Assembly: GCA_040220235.1 (NCBI GenBank)
Contig: JAVJTO010000119.1
DNA from: Coleofasciculus sp. B1-GNL1-01
GTDB taxonomy: Bacteria > Cyanobacteriota > Cyanobacteriia > Cyanobacteriales > Coleofasciculaceae
DNA length: 64,000 nt
Direction: 5' to 3' (one strand)
The position numbers and the translations under genes are program-made. Positions 49,092 to 58,821 of the stretch are shown piece by piece. The notes under the pieces are model-generated. The model ran no database searches. It was not told where the DNA came from and was given only the letters and a program-made list of their open reading frames with translations. Each line of letters opens with the position of its first letter. Position 1 is the first letter of the stretch.

Positions 49092-52000
49092 TGTCAGCAT
49101 TTCGCTTAGAAGATGCAGATGCTTTCTTCGGCAGAGAAGTTTTTTTGGAAGGTTCAGAACGTGCCATCGGGTTGGTAAATGCTGTTCAGCAATATCCAAT
49201 AGTTGGTGTAATTGGCTCTTCTGGTAGTGGCAAATCCTCAGTTATATTCGCTGGTTTGCTTCCGAAGCTACTTATCAAACAAGAGTGGCTGTGGATAAGC
49301 TTTAGACCGGGCAACCGACCCTTTTATAATTTATCCTACCAACTTACTAGTCTACTTTATTCTAAAAAATCTGAGGTTGATATTCTCAGAGAGAATAGTA
49401 AGTTAGCTAAATCCCTAAGGGAGCAGAAAATTCAACTAAGTGACGTAGTAGAGCATATTTTACGAAAGCTAGAGAGGAATATCAAATTCCTGTTAATTGT
49501 CGATCAGTTGGAAGAACTTTATACACTTTGCCAAAGTACTCGTGACAGAGAGTGCTTTTTACAGCAGCTTTTGAGTTCAGTGGAATTAGCTGCTCCAAGA
49601 AGTGAGGTGAAACTACATATTGTTTTTACATTAAGGGCTGATTTCTATGGATATGTCCTTGCTTATCGTCCTTTTAGAGATGTTTTGCAACAATACCCTC
49701 CACAGTTACTAAGTGGGATGACTCGTGAAGAGATGAGACAAGCCATTGAGTGTCCTGCTATTCAGTTAGGTATCAAGTTGGAAGAGAAGTTGGCAGATCG
49801 TATTTTAGATGATGTTGGAGAAGAGCCAGGAAATCTTCCTCTAATGGAATTTGCTTTAACCTTGCTTTGGAGTAAGCAACGGCGGGGTTTGCTAACTCAT
49901 GTGGCTTATAGCCAAATAGGAGAAGTTAAGCAAGCACTTGCTAATCATGCAGAACAAATTTACACAAGCCTTTCAGTATTTGAACAAAAATCTGCTCAGA
50001 AACTATTTTTACAGTTAGTACATATATCTGAGAATGCTCTTGATACAAGAAAGATAATAACCCGATCTGAAGCTTCTAATTGGGATTTAGTAACTTATTT
50101 GTCTAGCCAAGAAGCTCGTTTAGTGGTGACTGGGTGTAACCAGGAAACAGGTGAGGAGACAGTTGAAGTAGTTCATGAAGCATTAATCAGAGGATGGGAG
50201 CGATTACGTCAATGGATACTTGCTGATCGGAAGTTTAGAATTTGGCAAGATAATCTCCGATCTATAATTAGCCAATGGTTAAGAAACAGTAAGGATGAGG
50301 GGTCACTTTTGCGTGGACAAGCTCTTGCTGAAGCTAGGGAGTGGTTTCATGTTAGGAGAGCAGATTTTGCACTAATCGAAGAAGAATACATTGAAGCGAG
50401 TCTAATTCTACTGAGAAAAGAACAGAGAATTAAAAATGCTCGAAGAAGGCGAACTATTATAGGTCTTATCGTTTTTTCTATCATTGCTTTATTGCTTTCT
50501 ATTGTTGCCACTATAGGATGGTCAAATGCTTCAACGGCTCAAGCAAATGCAGAAGTTATTTCTCAGATTGCCAATGCCGAAACTATGTTTGCTTCGGATC
50601 AAGAAGTTGAAGCTTTATTAAATGGTATAAAAGCTGGTATTTCTCTGAAGAGATTAAGAAATTCCGGTAAAGCAAGCAAGCAGGCTCGAGTACGTACCTT
50701 AACTTCTTTAAGAGAAATTGTGTATGGTGTTAAAGAAAGCAACCGCCTTCAAGGTCACAGTTCAGAAGTGACTATGGTTGATATTAGCCCAGATGGTAGC
50801 CAGGTTATTTCCTCTAGCTTAAATGATGTAAAGCTTTGGAAGCTAGATGGCACTTTACTCAGCAGCTTTCAGGGGGGAGTAGTATTAGGAAATGGTGGCG
50901 CCAAATGTGTTGAATTTAGTCCTGATGGTAAAACTATTGCATCAGGAGGCAATGGCATCGTTAATTTATATGAAATCCAGACTAAGAAATTAATTCGATT
51001 GAAACATAGTGGTCTTGGAATCCTAATTCGTGATGTAAGTTTTAGTCTTGATGGGAAAATAGTTGCTTCTGCAGGTGCTGATGGTACTACTAAGGTTTGG
51101 AGTCGTGATGGTAAGTTAATAAGTACTTTAAGTCAGGGTAATAAAAGTATTGAGGTTGATAGTGTAAGTTTCAGTCCTGATGGTCAAACAATCGCAACTG
51201 GTAGTGGTGATAGTACTCCAAATAAAATAGATTCTGTGGTGAAATTATGGAAACGCGACGGAACATTTATTAAGAGTCTATCGTTATCTACTATGGAGTC
51301 AGAATACACCGAATGGGTTCCTGTAACATTTAGTCCTAATGGTCAATTGATTGCTACTGCTGCTGGAAGTTCTGTGCAATTGTGGAGTTCAGATGGCTCT
51401 TTACTACACAGTATGTCTGGACATTCTAATGGAATTAGAACAGTGGCATTTAGCCCTGATAGTCAAATTATTGCATCAGGTGGTTATGACAATACCATCA
51501 AACTTTGGAGAAGTGATGGGACATTGCTTGACACTCTCAAAGGACATAATAGTTTTATAACTAGTTTGCGTTTTAGTCCTGATGGTGAAGAACTTGCATC
51601 GTCAAGTCAGGATTCAACTATACGGATTTGGAAAATAAAAGGGCAACCTTTAGAAACATTAAGTATTCACCCTCGCTCTTCTAAGCCTTTTTTGACAACA
51701 CAATTTTTTGGCTTATCTCCTGATGGAAAATTGATTGTAACAACAACTGATAATGTTGTTGCAGTTTGGAAAATGGATGGTTCCTTGGTAACCAGGATAG
51801 CACCAAATATTGAAGTAACTAGTTTGAGCTTCAGTCCAGATGGTAAAATAATTTCTATTGCTGGAATTAGCGGTAATAGACAGCATAAAGTTCAGTTATT
51901 AACCAATAATGGAAAGCTCATTTCTGATTTTAACTGGAAACTTAAAGAGACTAAAAACAATAAACTAGAAAACAAGAATACGGATAATTATTTTCAGGAT

Positions 52001-53062
52001 GATGAGACTATTCCTAAGCTAAGTGGTAATTTTGAGTCAGAAGCAGATTATGATAATGGTCCTATTACTATATTTTCTCCTAATAAAAAGAGGATATTTT
52101 CATTTGGTGGTGATGATATAGTACGTATATGGAGCTATGATGGAAAGCTACTATCGCAATGGGAAGATCACAGAGCAGGAATAGGAGCTTACATTGGGTA
52201 CGACAATAATACATCGCTCCCTATTATTGCTCGGCTTATTGAAAATTCACCTGCATCCTTTGCTGGCTTGAAAACTGGTGATCAAATAATTGAGATTGAC
52301 GGTATATCAACGAAAGGACTAAAACCAGAAGAGATATCTTACAAAACTCCTCTACACAAGGTCTTAAACCGAGTGGGGGAAACAGTCAGCCTGAAAGTCT
52401 TACGTAATAAAGAGAATCTTACTGTCAAAGTTACATCTGTCAGAGCTAATATAAGTCCTAGTGATGTATGGACTAGTGGTGTGATTAGCCCTCGCAAGAA
52501 CTTGATTATCCTAGGTAGTAGAAGCGGTATTATTAAGATATTTAAACTTGACGGCACTTTATTAAAAACATTTAATGGACACACGGAATCAGTATCTGAT
52601 ATTAGCATTAATGAAGAAGAAACTATAATAGCTTCTACTAGTACACGTACTTTTAATGTACCCTTTCATAAGGGATCTCTCAAACTTTGGGAGATTGATA
52701 ACGATTCTGTAATTGGTCAAACTATTTCTGAAACCCAAGGTGGTTTTGCTAGTGTTAGCTTTAACCATGACGGCGATTTGATAGCGGCAGCGCCAAATCG
52801 AGAAGATAGTTTTATTGAAATGTATCAAATTGATGGAAGCTTAGTTGGTAAGATTGGGGAACAGAAGACTTATACAAAGCTTCAATTTAGCCCTGATGGT
52901 AAAACTCTTGTTTCTGCTGGGCGGCATCCATTTGTAATATTATGGAATTTTGACTTGGATGAGCTTTTGAGCAAGGGATGTAGTTGGCTTGAAGACTATC
53001 TCAATACGAATCAAACTCTTAGTCAAGCTGACCGAAATACGTGTCAAAAGATTATGAAGTGA
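49055..53062 (+). CDS. nSTAND1 NTPase - transmembrane helix - WD40 repeats with inserted PDZ domain
   Basis: The -1 frame opens at GTA 49055 (VVDLITDCPYRGLSAF...FFGRE); Walker A GSSGSGKS, Walker B IVDQLEE, LRADF, PGNLPL, VHEAL; GH..WD-like repeats; PDZ-like GIGAYI...NSPASFAGLKTGDQIIEIDG. Confidence 0.9.
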   Translation, partial: VVDLITDCPYRGLSAFRLEDADAFFGREVFLEGSERAIGLVNAVQQYPIVGVIGSSGSGKSSVIFAGLLPKLLIKQEWLWISFRPGNRPFYNLSYQLTSLLYSKKSEVDILRENSKLAKSLREQKIQLSDVVEHILRKLERNIKFLLIVDQLEELYTLCQSTRDRECFLQQLLSSVELAAPRSEVKLHIVFTLRADFYGYVLAYRPFRDVLQQYPPQLLSGMTREEMRQAIECPAIQLGIKLEEKLADRILDDVGEEPGNLPLMEFALTLLWSKQRRGLLTHVAYSQIGEVKQALANHAEQIYTSLSVFEQKSAQKLFLQLVHISENALDTRKIITRSEASNWDLVTYLSSQEARLVVTGCNQETGEETVEVVHEALIRGWERLRQWILADRKFRIWQDNLRSIISQWLRNSKDEGSLLRGQALAEAREWFHVRRADFALIEEEYIEASLILLRKEQRIKNARRRRTIIGLIVFSIIALLLSIVATIGWSNASTAQANAEVISQIANAETMFASDQEVEALLNGIKAGISLKRLRNSGKASKQARVRTLTSLREIVYGVKESNRLQGHSSEVTMVDISPDGSQVISSSLNDVKLWKLDGTLLSSFQGGVVLGNGGAKCVEFSPDGKTIASGGNGIVNLYEIQTKKLIRLKHSGLGILIRDVSFSLDGKIVASAGADGTTKVWSRDGKLISTLSQGNKSIEVDSVSFSPDGQTIATGSGDSTPNKIDSVVKLWKRDGTFIKSLSLSTMESEYTEWVPVTFSPNGQLIATAAGSSVQLWSSDGSLLHSMSGHSNGIRTVAFSPDSQIIASGGYDNTIKLWRSDGTLLDTLKGHNSFITSLRFSPDGEELASSSQDSTIRIWKIKGQPLETLSIHPRSSKPFLTTQFFGLSPDGKLIVTTTDNVVAVWKMDGSLVTRIAPNIEVTSLSFSPDGKIISIAGISGNRQHKVQLLTNNGKLISDFNWKLKETKNNKLENKNTDNYFQDDETIPKLSGNFESEADYDNGPITIFSPNKKRIFSFGGDDIVRIWSYDGKLLSQWEDHRAGIGAYIGYDNNTSLPIIARLIENSPASFAGLKTGDQIIEIDGISTKGLKPEEISYKTPLHKVLNRVGETVSLKVLRNKENLTVKVTSVRANISPSDVWTSGVISPRKNLIILGSRSGIIKIFKLDGTLLKTFNGHTESVSDISINEEETIIASTSTRTFNVPFHKGSLKLWEIDNDSVIGQTISETQGGFASVSFNHDGDLIAAAPNREDSFIEMYQIDGSLVGKIGEQKTYTKLQFSPDGKTLVSAGRHPFVILWNFDLDELLSKGCSWLEDYLNTNQTLSQADRNTCQKIMK

Positions 53063-53414
53063 GATTATATCAATCAATTCGTTGAGAACATTAGTAGCGA
53101 ACAGTGGTCTAATGTTAACATCCTGTTTATGAAACTACTCATAGTCCTGAATACGTTTACTGGTGGTTATCCTTACGTTACGAAGACAGCCGCTTGAATG
53201 AAATTGGTACGGCACAACCAGCACTGAACGGACAGCACGTTACCGCGCTTTTCACGTTTATGGAATACAAAATTGTATCGGCTTGCTTTTCAGCGCAATG
53301 ATCGTCTGTAGTCTACTAACTTGAAAACTGCTGTAAACAGATCCCGATTTCTTTGCCACCCCTTCTTGAACAACGCCGCATCGTCGTGTAACTCCTGACT
53401 ACTTGTAACACAAC

Positions 53415-53585
53415 CTAGTCTTCTTCACTCACCCGATTCAACTTCTTTTCAAGCACATCTAGCCGTTCGTCATGGTTGCGTAGCATAGTACGAATCTCCT
53501 CTAAATCGGCATTAAGACCAAGCACTGTATTTTTACCCAGATATTGCGCTAACGCCTCAAGCATGATCTGGGTTTTGGTTATTTG
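53415..53585 (-). pseudogene. Truncated RHH/coiled-coil DNA-binding protein fragment
   Basis: Translates TKTQIMLEALAQYLG...ERLDVLEKKL with no N-terminal beta strand. Confidence 0.4.
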
Positions 53586-53680
53586 TTAAAGATGTCATTT
53601 AATTTGGCAATCGACAAGGGCAGAAGGCACAAGGCAGATAAACTTGGGATAGAGGATACTATCGCTGCTCACTCCGCAAA

Positions 53681-56600
53681 ATGTTTAAACGCATCTGGAA
53701 CCGCCTTTTTCAAGTCATCATCGTGCTTCTGGGGTTGTGGCTAGCCTGGGATTTGCTGGCTCACCTGGTTGCGGAAATTTTATGGTTCATTGAGCTTGAC
53801 TATTTGTCGGCGTTCTGGTTACGCTTGCGGACTCAGCTAGGTTTGTGGGCATTTGTTGGCTGCTTATCCGCCGGATTTTTACTCAGTAATTTGTTTCTCG
53901 CCAATCGGCTGAAGTATCCCGCCGCTATCGCCAAGGAGGTTGGTAACCCCACTAGGATACCTGCGGGGACTACTCAACTCAATCCAACCCTACCAAAGAC
54001 TCCTACACAAGACTCTAAACCCTTCAACCTGGAAAAAGGAGCGTTAGCGCTGCGGTTAGGATTACTCTTGCCCATCGTACTATGCCTCGACGTACTCGTG
54101 GGGATTATGCTACTCCATTATGGCGAAGTGGCTATCTCCCTGTGGCAACCTGATTTTAATTTACCCAGTGTCACCCCACCCCTACCAACACCTTTTGATT
54201 GGAGTTCCATACACGATGTATTGTTACGGCTGCTGGTACAGATAATACAACTCATTGTTTTAGTTATCATTGTCATCGCATTGGTGGTTAATTCCCAATT
54301 CTGGTTAACGGCGATGGCTGTTGTTTTTTCAGTGGTTTTTGCCTTAGTGGTATCCGGACAATGGGGCAGGATTTTGCAGTATTTCCAGCCAACCGCCTTT
54401 AATGCGAATGACCCTTTATTTGGCACAGATATTAGTTTCTATGTCTTTAAACTGCCAGTGTGGCAACTATTGAACTTTTGGCTGGGGGGGCTGTGTCTGT
54501 TTGGTTTAGTCGCCGTAACCTTAACCTATTTAGTATCTGGAAATAGCCTGTCTCATGGGCGGTTTCCCGGATTTTCTGATCATCAACTTTATCATTTACA
54601 TGGATTGGGTTCCTTGGCGATGGCGACGGTAGCGTTCCATTATTGGCTATCGCGCTATGAACTGCTGTATTCCACTCGTGGCGTTACCTATGGTGCTAGT
54701 TATACCGATGTTAAGGCACAGTTACCGATTAATACAGGGTTAAGTATTTTCGCCCTGGGGATTGCTTTATTTTTACTCCTGAGACCGATAATCGGGTTTA
54801 AGTCGCTGCACAGAAGTGGCAAGGGAACACTCTCCCTACTGGGATTGTATGTGATGATGGTCGCGATCGCAGGCTGGCTAATCCCGGCGACGGTGCAACG
54901 GTTTGGTGTGCAGCCGAATGAACTAGAACGCGAACGTCCCTATATTGAACGCAGTATCAAACTGAGTCGAGCGGCGTTTGATCTGGATAGTATTAATGTA
55001 GAAATCTTTGACCCCGAAGGCGAACTCACCAGTGCTGATTTAGATGAAAATGTTTTAACGATTCGCAATATCCGCCTCTGGGATGCTCGTCCCATCCTGC
55101 AAACCAATCGTCAGCTACAACGTATCCGTCTCTACTACGAATTTCCGGACGCTGATATTGACCGCTACAGGCTACCGTTAGAAGTGACTGGTGTTCCGCC
55201 TTCCTTTGCGGGAGAAGAAGGCGATGAACTAGAAGCAGAAGACACAGAGACTTCCCTAACTGTACCCACACCCGGTTTCACGATTGAAAAGCAACAAGTG
55301 ATTATTGCACCGAGGGAATTATCCTACGAATCAGTACCCGAACAAGCCCAAACCTGGGTTAACCAACACTTAGTTTATACCCACGGCTATGGCTTTACGA
55401 TGAGTCCTGTAAATCGGGTGGGTAGTGGCGGATTGCCTAACTATTTTGTTAAAGATATTGGCACCGGTGCTGATCTCGGAGTTGGCGGCGATTTATCCAC
55501 ATCTAGCCAACTGATTCGCGAAAGTATTCCGATTGGGGCACCGCGAATTTACTACGGACAACTCACTGAAAATTATGTAATGACTCCCACTAAAGTGCGG
55601 GAATTCGATTATCCCAGTGGTGAGGATAATGTTTACAATACCTACGATGGCAATGGGGGGGTTCAGATTAGTTCACTATGGCGCAGGCTGTTGTTTGCCG
55701 AGTATCTCAAAGATTGGAAGATGTTGTTTACGGACAACTTTACGCCGGAAACCAAGGTATTATTCCGCCGCAACATCAACCAACGGATTCGGGCGATCGC
55801 GCCGTTCTTACGGTATGATCGCGATCCGTATATTGTCAGTGTTAATCCTCAGGGTGGGGAAGTAGAAACGGATCAAACCTATCTTTACTGGATTGTTGAC
55901 GCCTACACCACCAGCAAACATTATCCCTATTCTGACCCTGGTGATAATGAGTTTAACTATATCCGCAACTCAGTTAAAGTCGTCATTGATGCCTATCACG
56001 GCACGATTACATTCTATGTTGCCGACCCCGACGATCCAATTATTCAAACCTGGACAAAAATTTTTCCCAATCTATTCCAACCCCTAGACGCCATGCCTCC
56101 GGCGCTGCGGCGTCATATTCGCTATCCGGTAGACATCTTCAGTGTTCAGTCGGAACGGTTACTCACCTATCACATGACTGACCCCCAAGTATTTTACAAC
56201 CGGGAAGACCAGTGGCGAATTCCCCAGGAGATTTACGGCACGGAGTTGCAACCTCTGGAACCATACTACCTGATTATGAAACTGCCAACGGCTACAAATG
56301 AAGAGTTCATTCTCCTTCATCCCTTTACACCTCAGGCACGTAATAATTTAATTGCTTGGTTGGCAGGGCGTTCAGATGGTGAGAATTATGGCAAATTACT
56401 CTTATATCAGTTTCCTAAACAAGAACTGATTTACGGACCTGAACAAATTGAAGCCCTAATTAATCAAGATCCGGTCATTTCTCAGCAAATCTCACTGTGG
56501 AATCGTCAAGGTTCACGGGCGATTCAGGGGAATCTGTTGGTGATTCCGATTGAGCAATCCTTACTTTATGTCGAACCGCTTTACCTGGAAGCCGAACGCA

Positions 56601-56770
56601 ATAGCTTGCCTATTTTAGCGCGGGTGATTGTTGTTTATGAAAATCGCATTGTCATGGCGGAAAGTTTAGAAAAGGCGCTGGAGGGAATCTTTCAGGAACC
56701 TGAACAAGAACCCGCCCCCACGATTATTCGTCCCCTAGAGGAACCCCCTGTGCCGTTAGAGGGGGGATAA
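53681..56770 (+). CDS. UPF0182 family membrane protein
   Basis: DPLFGTDISFYVF, NIRLWD, HLVYTHGYG, PRIYYG and NYIRNSVK. Confidence 0.93.
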   Translation: MFKRIWNRLFQVIIVLLGLWLAWDLLAHLVAEILWFIELDYLSAFWLRLRTQLGLWAFVGCLSAGFLLSNLFLANRLKYPAAIAKEVGNPTRIPAGTTQLNPTLPKTPTQDSKPFNLEKGALALRLGLLLPIVLCLDVLVGIMLLHYGEVAISLWQPDFNLPSVTPPLPTPFDWSSIHDVLLRLLVQIIQLIVLVIIVIALVVNSQFWLTAMAVVFSVVFALVVSGQWGRILQYFQPTAFNANDPLFGTDISFYVFKLPVWQLLNFWLGGLCLFGLVAVTLTYLVSGNSLSHGRFPGFSDHQLYHLHGLGSLAMATVAFHYWLSRYELLYSTRGVTYGASYTDVKAQLPINTGLSIFALGIALFLLLRPIIGFKSLHRSGKGTLSLLGLYVMMVAIAGWLIPATVQRFGVQPNELERERPYIERSIKLSRAAFDLDSINVEIFDPEGELTSADLDENVLTIRNIRLWDARPILQTNRQLQRIRLYYEFPDADIDRYRLPLEVTGVPPSFAGEEGDELEAEDTETSLTVPTPGFTIEKQQVIIAPRELSYESVPEQAQTWVNQHLVYTHGYGFTMSPVNRVGSGGLPNYFVKDIGTGADLGVGGDLSTSSQLIRESIPIGAPRIYYGQLTENYVMTPTKVREFDYPSGEDNVYNTYDGNGGVQISSLWRRLLFAEYLKDWKMLFTDNFTPETKVLFRRNINQRIRAIAPFLRYDRDPYIVSVNPQGGEVETDQTYLYWIVDAYTTSKHYPYSDPGDNEFNYIRNSVKVVIDAYHGTITFYVADPDDPIIQTWTKIFPNLFQPLDAMPPALRRHIRYPVDIFSVQSERLLTYHMTDPQVFYNREDQWRIPQEIYGTELQPLEPYYLIMKLPTATNEEFILLHPFTPQARNNLIAWLAGRSDGENYGKLLLYQFPKQELIYGPEQIEALINQDPVISQQISLWNRQGSRAIQGNLLVIPIEQSLLYVEPLYLEAERNSLPILARVIVVYENRIVMAESLEKALEGIFQEPEQEPAPTIIRPLEEPPVPLEGG

Positions 56771-56789
56771 CCAAGGCAGAAGGCAGATA

Positions 56790-56923
56790 GGGGCTGCTGA
56801 ATAAGTCTTGTGGTGGGGTAGAGAGCAGGGGTAGCAGGGGTAGCAGGGGTAGCAGGGGTAGCAGGGGTAGCAATGGTACATTTTCCCTGATAGTGGTGCA
56901 AGGATATGAAATTCAGCAAGCCC
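56790..56923. mobile_element. Complete TA-flanked MITE with internal (GCAGGGGTA)n
   Basis: TA|GGGGCTGCTGAA ... TTCAGCAAGCCC|TA; five 9-bp tandem units. Confidence 0.8.
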
Positions 56924-56926
56924 TAC

Positions 56927-58573
56927 CTACTGAACCGCCTTGTAGGTTTTAAATCCACCCGTGAGATTGTGGGCATCAAACCCCTGTAACCGCAACGCAC
57001 GGGTGGCATAGTATGCCCGTTGACCGACTTGACAATAGACGGCAATTTTCTGGTCTTTAGGCAATTCATGAGCGCGATCGCGCAATTGTGTCAACGGAAT
57101 ATTCAACGCCCCCTCAACATGACCCGCTTCAAATTCGCCAATTTCCCGAACATCCAATAGCAGCGCCTCATCGTCCGCCAACTTATCCCAATGAATAATT
57201 GGTGCATCACCGCGTAACACATTCGCCGCCACCATTCCCGCTAAATTCACCGGGTCTTTCGCCGCACCAAACTGAGGCGCATAACACAATTCCGCCTCCT
57301 CCAAATCAAACACTGTTGCCCGATTTTGCAGCGCCATGGCAATCACATCCATGCGTTTTTCTACCCCTTCTTCGCCAACGGCTTGTGCGCCAAGGATACG
57401 ACCCTCTTGAGGAGAAAAAAGTAACTTCATATCAATCGGTTTTGCCCCTGGATAATAACCCACATGATGACCCGGATGCAGATACACCTTCTCATACGCC
57501 ATTCCTACCCGCTTCAGGGTTTTCTCACTCGCCCCCGTCGCCGCTACAATTAACCCAAAGACACCACAAACCGTGGTTCCTTGGACGCCGCGAAACATGG
57601 TATCCCGTCCACAAATCGCATCCGCCGCCACTCGTCCCTGGCGGTTCGCTGGACCAGCTAAGGGGATTAACATCCATTCCCCCGTTACCCAGTCGCGCAC
57701 TTCTACAGCGTCACCTACCGCCCATATATGTTCATCATTGGTTCGCATCTGTTCGTTGACTCGAATCCCACCGCGATCGCCAATATCTAATCCAGCATCC
57801 TTCGCCAGTTTAGTTTCTGGACGCACGCCAATGCCTAAAATAACTAAATCGGCTGGATGCTTTTCTCCGGATTTTGTCGATACAATTAATGTACCTTCAC
57901 GGGTTTGCTCAAACCCAGTTACCCCATCACCTAAGCGTAACTGTACCCCATTTGCCGTTAAGCGATCGTGAACGGGTGTTACCATTTCGGGATCAAGGGG
58001 AGGCATGACTTGCGGTAGCATTTCCAGTAACGTTACAGCAATTCCCCGCTTGACTAAGTTCTCCGCCATCTCCAAGCCAATAAATCCACCCCCGACAATG
58101 ACCGCTTGCTTCACCTGACGTTCAACAATCCAGTTCCGAATGCGACGGCTATCAGGAATGGTGCGTAGGGCAAAAATCCCCGGTAGGTCAATTCCCGGTA
58201 AGGGTGGACGCACAGGAGAAGCGCCTGGTGCCAGGACGAGGGCGTCATAGCGTTCTCGGTATACTTGTCCAGAGTTCAAGTCTTTGACGGAGATTTCTCT
58301 GGCGTCTCGGTCAATTTCCAGAACTTCATTCTCCAGCCGCACCTCAATATTAAAGCGCTGTTTGAACAGTTGTGTATTGGCAACCAGGAGTTTTTTCTCG
58401 TCGGTAATTACATCTCCCACGTAGTAAGGCAAGCCGCAATTGGCAAAGGAGACAAAAGACCCGCGATCAAAGATGATAATCTCAGCCGACTCCGACTGAC
58501 GGCGAGTTCGCGCCGCACAGGATGCGCCTCCGGCAACACCACCGATGATCAGAATTCGTTGTTTTGTGTTCAT
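56927..58573 (-). CDS. CoA-disulfide reductase/NADH oxidase with rhodanese domain
   Basis: GGVAGGAS, redox Cys in SFANCGLPY, GGGFIG, YAPQF and rhodanese YCQVGQRA. Confidence 0.93.
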   Translation of the reverse strand: MNTKQRILIIGGVAGGASCAARTRRQSESAEIIIFDRGSFVSFANCGLPYYVGDVITDEKKLLVANTQLFKQRFNIEVRLENEVLEIDRDAREISVKDLNSGQVYRERYDALVLAPGASPVRPPLPGIDLPGIFALRTIPDSRRIRNWIVERQVKQAVIVGGGFIGLEMAENLVKRGIAVTLLEMLPQVMPPLDPEMVTPVHDRLTANGVQLRLGDGVTGFEQTREGTLIVSTKSGEKHPADLVILGIGVRPETKLAKDAGLDIGDRGGIRVNEQMRTNDEHIWAVGDAVEVRDWVTGEWMLIPLAGPANRQGRVAADAICGRDTMFRGVQGTTVCGVFGLIVAATGASEKTLKRVGMAYEKVYLHPGHHVGYYPGAKPIDMKLLFSPQEGRILGAQAVGEEGVEKRMDVIAMALQNRATVFDLEEAELCYAPQFGAAKDPVNLAGMVAANVLRGDAPIIHWDKLADDEALLLDVREIGEFEAGHVEGALNIPLTQLRDRAHELPKDQKIAVYCQVGQRAYYATRALRLQGFDAHNLTGGFKTYKAVQ

Positions 58574-58821
58574 AGCTGACCCTTTATGTTTTGAACGTTT
58601 TACCTTAAAAGGCTTTGATAAGGGAGTAGCAAATTATATTGCTCGTTATTTAAATAGTGATTTACTCAATTATACAGTGCCTTTCCTGGAATAGAACTAC
58701 GACTACATCCAAATTTAATTTTTAATAACTATTTATCGATATAGTGGTCTTATTTCCGGTGGATTTCCTCGGTTCGGTTTATTCTCGATCAGAGGAACAA
58801 ATCAAAGGAGCAGACTCACCC

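Noticed and set aside
53063..53340. Complete attC site after the STAND gene
   Set aside because: Only an R''-like start is visible and I could not pair it with a convincing R' end, so it is kept only as weak support for the island finding.
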